From positions 128,001 through 192,000 of the forward strand of contig CAVPIW010000010.1 of NCBI GenBank assembly GCA_963705105.1: a stretch of 64,000 bases of DNA, read 5' to 3'. Position numbers and translations under genes: made by a program. Source of the stretch: an uncultured Nitrospiraceae bacterium (GTDB taxonomy: Bacteria > Nitrospirota > Thermodesulfovibrionia > Thermodesulfovibrionales > Dissulfurispiraceae). The notes under the pieces are model-generated. The model was not told the DNA's origin. It saw only the letters and a list, made by a program, of their open reading frames with translations, and did no database searches. This document shows positions 61,318-64,000 of this stretch, piece after piece (position 1 is the stretch's first letter; each line of letters starts with the position of its first letter).

Positions 61318-63075
61318 ATGAAAGACTTCGCAAAACGCACACTGAGCACGGCCCTCGGCGCCCTGCTCACCCTGTCCCTGGCCGCTGCCCCGGCCCTGAG
61401 CGCAGACGACAAGCCTTTCCAGAAGAAGAACACCAAGTGGACGTCCGGCGACTTCCACCAGCACACCCTCTACACCGACGGATCGACGACCTTCGACTTC
61501 GTCATGGGCAAGAGCAACGAGTTCGACCTCGACTGGTGGGCCAACTCAGAGCATGGAGGGGGCAGAAACAGGGACGGCAACGGTCTTTTCTGGGATGCAC
61601 GAAATCCCAACCCCATCGTTGGTTGTCCGGCCGCGTCCGGAGGGCACCAGATCATGTGGCGCTGGCAGAGCCTGCGTGACTTCGTGTACCCTGACATCCT
61701 CCGGAACCGCTCCCTCTATCCTGAGAAAAAGATCTTTTCCGGCTTCGAGTGGAACGTGCCCGGTCACGAGCACTGCAGCACCGGCATCGTGGCCGACGAT
61801 GCAAGCGCCATCAGCGCCTTCGAGTACATGTTCGACGCGTCCGACAACGACATAAGCCGGAATGGAGAGGTAACACCTTACGGGATTCTCCAGAAGATGA
61901 ACGGCAGGACGTATGTCGGCTGCACTGGAGCAAGCAAGTCCTTCCCCGATAGACATGCCGATGCCGTCAGGGGCTGCGCCTGGATGCAGGATCAGTATAA
62001 ACCGGCAGTTCCCGGAAAGGCGACGATAGACAACGGCTGGATCGTCTTTGCCCACATCGAGCGCGACGGTTCCTGGAACCTCGTCAGCGGCGGCGGGTAC
62101 AACGTCGAACACTTCCGTGATTTCAACAACGCCGGTCCCGACGTGTGCTTCGGCTTCGAGGGGGCGCCCGGGCACCAGGTCAACAATGACCGCGGTTTCG
62201 GCAATGCAGTCACCTGTGATGCTTCGGGCGTCTGCACCTCCGACGACTTCGGCGGCACCTACGGAGGAGCAGGATTCTACACGGCAAAGGTCGGCGGCCT
62301 CTGGGACGCGCTTCTCGGTGAGGGCCGCAGGTGGTTCAACTTTGCCAGCTCCGACTACCACCGCCACTATACGGCAGGAGGCGACGACTTCTTCCCCGGG
62401 GAGTACCAGAAGAACTGGGTAAAGGTTGTCGACACGAACGCCGACGGCGACTATGACCTGAACGAGATCGCAAACGGCCTCCGCTCGGGCAACGTGTTCC
62501 ACGTCATGGGAGACCTCATCAGCGTCCTGGAGTTCAATGCAAAGTCCCGCGATCAGGAAGTCGAGATGGGCGGTGAGCTGAAGGCCGGCAAACCGATCAA
62601 CAATCTTCAGATCAAGATCAGGTTCAAGAGCCCCGTGATGAACAACTGCGCCGTTGACGGCGCCTTCATCACTTCCTGCGTTTCGCCCGTCGTCGATCAT
62701 ATAGATCTGATCGCCGGTGAAGTCACGGGCAAGGTCGATCCGTCAAGCCCTGAATACATGAATGCAATGAACCCGACGGCAAAAGTCATCGCCAGCTTCA
62801 CCGGCAAGGACTGGGAGAAGGACGACGAGGGCTACAACGTGATCGTTCACCACATCAAGGATGTGAACAGGAGCATGTATTTCAGGCTCCGCGGCACGAA
62901 CGTGCCCTGCGGTACGGAGTTCGAGACGAATCCTGCCACCCCGCTGCCCTCGGCCGACTACTGCAGCCCGCTGGCCGACGCGCTCGTGACGCAGAACATC
63001 GGCATCGACGGCGCGCAGGAGGCGTGGAACGACCTCTGGTTCTACTCGAACCCCATTTTCGTCTACGTAAAATAG
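61318..63075 (+). CDS. Exported PHP-like metallo-hydrolase (putative phosphoesterase)
   Basis: Signal peptide; GDFHQHT..TDG, SEHGG, GFEWNVPGHEH, AH, SSDYH, WFYSNPIF. Confidence 0.75.
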   Translation: MKDFAKRTLSTALGALLTLSLAAAPALSADDKPFQKKNTKWTSGDFHQHTLYTDGSTTFDFVMGKSNEFDLDWWANSEHGGGRNRDGNGLFWDARNPNPIVGCPAASGGHQIMWRWQSLRDFVYPDILRNRSLYPEKKIFSGFEWNVPGHEHCSTGIVADDASAISAFEYMFDASDNDISRNGEVTPYGILQKMNGRTYVGCTGASKSFPDRHADAVRGCAWMQDQYKPAVPGKATIDNGWIVFAHIERDGSWNLVSGGGYNVEHFRDFNNAGPDVCFGFEGAPGHQVNNDRGFGNAVTCDASGVCTSDDFGGTYGGAGFYTAKVGGLWDALLGEGRRWFNFASSDYHRHYTAGGDDFFPGEYQKNWVKVVDTNADGDYDLNEIANGLRSGNVFHVMGDLISVLEFNAKSRDQEVEMGGELKAGKPINNLQIKIRFKSPVMNNCAVDGAFITSCVSPVVDHIDLIAGEVTGKVDPSSPEYMNAMNPTAKVIASFTGKDWEKDDEGYNVIVHHIKDVNRSMYFRLRGTNVPCGTEFETNPATPLPSADYCSPLADALVTQNIGIDGAQEAWNDLWFYSNPIFVYVK

Positions 63076-63098
63076 ACTGACGTCCCTTCCTCGATAAT

Positions 63099-63134
63099 GC
63101 CGGGGTGGAAATCTCCACCCCGGCGCTGAAAAAA
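63099..63134. terminator. Strong hairpin, probable terminator
   Basis: GCCGGGGTGGA-AATC-TCCACCCCGGC. Confidence 0.55.
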
Positions 63135-63148
63135 GACCAATCCGTGAT

Positions 63149-63186
63149 GTCACGCAATCTTCACCTTCCTGAAATACTCCTGTAAC
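63149..63186 (+). promoter_or_regulatory. Pho-box-like 11-bp array
   Basis: GTCAC/TTCAC/GAAAT/GTAAC at 63149, 63160, 63171 and 63182. Confidence 0.5.
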
Positions 63187-63236
63187 ATCCCTCTGGTAAT
63201 CTTGGAATAGACAAAGATCAAGCAAGGAGGTATCTC

Positions 63237-63443
63237 ATGATGAACGCCGAGGCGTTAAAACCCGCCGGATTCAGAGTCGAAAGGGAATACGAGTTCACAT
63301 GCCCGTATTGCGACGACTTGACGAACATCTGCGGGGCCTCTCTCTCATCCATGGCGATCACCTGGAAGAAGAGGGTCCTGCTGTGCAACAGCGAGAATCA
63401 CGACAACTGCCCCGTCTATCTCGCAAAGTGCCTGAGGGGATAG
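63237..63443 (+). CDS. Small Cys-rich protein
   Basis: AAGGAGGT RBS; CPYC...C...C......CPVY. Confidence 0.75.
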   Translation: MMNAEALKPAGFRVEREYEFTCPYCDDLTNICGASLSSMAITWKKRVLLCNSENHDNCPVYLAKCLRG

Positions 63444-63446
63444 GCC

Positions 63447-63644
63447 ATGTGCCCCAACTTCAATCTTATCGAGGGGATCTGCGAACTGGCCGGGATCGAG
63501 CCGTCGCGGATCGGCTGCGTCGGCGAGTGCACGTGCTTCTGCAACGACTGGGACGAGTGCAGGGTCTATGAGTCCCAGTTCGTGCTGCATTGCGAGGAAT
63601 ACAGTCATTTCCTCGCGGTGACGGAATTTGTAACGGAATTGTAA
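63447..63644 (+). CDS. Small Cys-rich protein
   Basis: CPNF...C...C...CRVY; GAGGG RBS. Confidence 0.6.
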   Translation: MCPNFNLIEGICELAGIEPSRIGCVGECTCFCNDWDECRVYESQFVLHCEEYSHFLAVTEFVTEL

Positions 63645-63667
63645 CAATCCCGTAATCAGCCTGTAAA
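63630..63667 (+). promoter_or_regulatory. Pho-box-like 11-bp array
   Basis: GTAAC/GTAAC/GTAAT/GTAAA at 63630, 63641, 63652 and 63663. Confidence 0.6.
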
Positions 63668-63707
63668 AGTAATGTGTTTCAATATAAGCATGGCAACGGT
63701 GTTCTCC

Positions 63708-63994
63708 ATGACAGAGGCGATGGCAGGCGACGAAATACAGTGCCCCCGGTGCTGTTCCTACGTGCTGTACCGTTACGGCAAGAACCCTTGGGAAAGCAGC
63801 GCTTTCTCTGTCTCATGTGCGGACGGCAATTCGCACCGGAACGGACCAGGATTGCGATGAAGGAAAAGCCGGCCTGCCCGAAGTGCGGAAGGCCGATGCA
63901 TCTCTATAAAAAAGAGGAGAACATTGTTCGGTTCCGTTGTGCCCATTATCCCGAATGCAAGACATTTTTAAAAAAGAATAAAGAGGAGGAGTGA
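63708..63994 (+). CDS. Double Zn-ribbon protein (InsA-like ribbon + topoisomerase-C4-like ribbon), one frameshift near 63787
   Basis: CPRC..YRYGKN / GKQRFLCLMC...CPKC...RCAHYPECKTF. Confidence 0.65.
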
Positions 63995-64000
63995 AGTGAG

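Overview
GC-rich chromosomal window from an anaerobic bacterium; the gene content suggests Nitrospirota or Desulfobacterota, which is inference only. Core genes (tRNA-Leu, CDF transporter, tgt, nrdJ, dCMP deaminase, trxC, trpS, ilvA, parA/parB, corA, cfa, a Mo-hydroxylase pair) alternate with accessory blocks: (1) an AbiE-like antitoxin/nucleotidyltransferase pair hit by an IS256 and a 438-bp mini-IS21; (2) a ~13-kb defence island (PLD-SNF2 helicase, type ISP/IIG-like N6-MTase, IS-interrupted Schlafen, Zn-finger-HEPN protein, ABC-ATPase + DUF4276-like protein); (3) an IS481; (4) a tyrosine recombinase, an IS1182 remnant, an orphan Rhs toxin tip followed by a catalytically dead amidase (the pair bounded by inverted repeats), a group IIC intron remnant at an attC-like site and a BrnT/BrnA cassette; (5) a rhodanese / double-cubane reductase / activator / MauE / Fe-S operon that contains an atypical tRNA-Sec-shaped tRNA with a Cys (GCA) anticodon; (6) a cluster with five Pho-box-like arrays (GH1, PHP hydrolases, GT21-like glucosyltransferase, three small Cys-rich proteins). 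A modular MITE-like repeat family occurs about 8 times. Several single-base frameshifts, many in homopolymers, suggest residual long-read errors. The best candidates for novelty are the operon-embedded tRNA-Sec-like tRNA-Cys, the Rhs tip + pseudo-amidase pair and the defence island. All family assignments come from motif recognition by eye; no searches were run.
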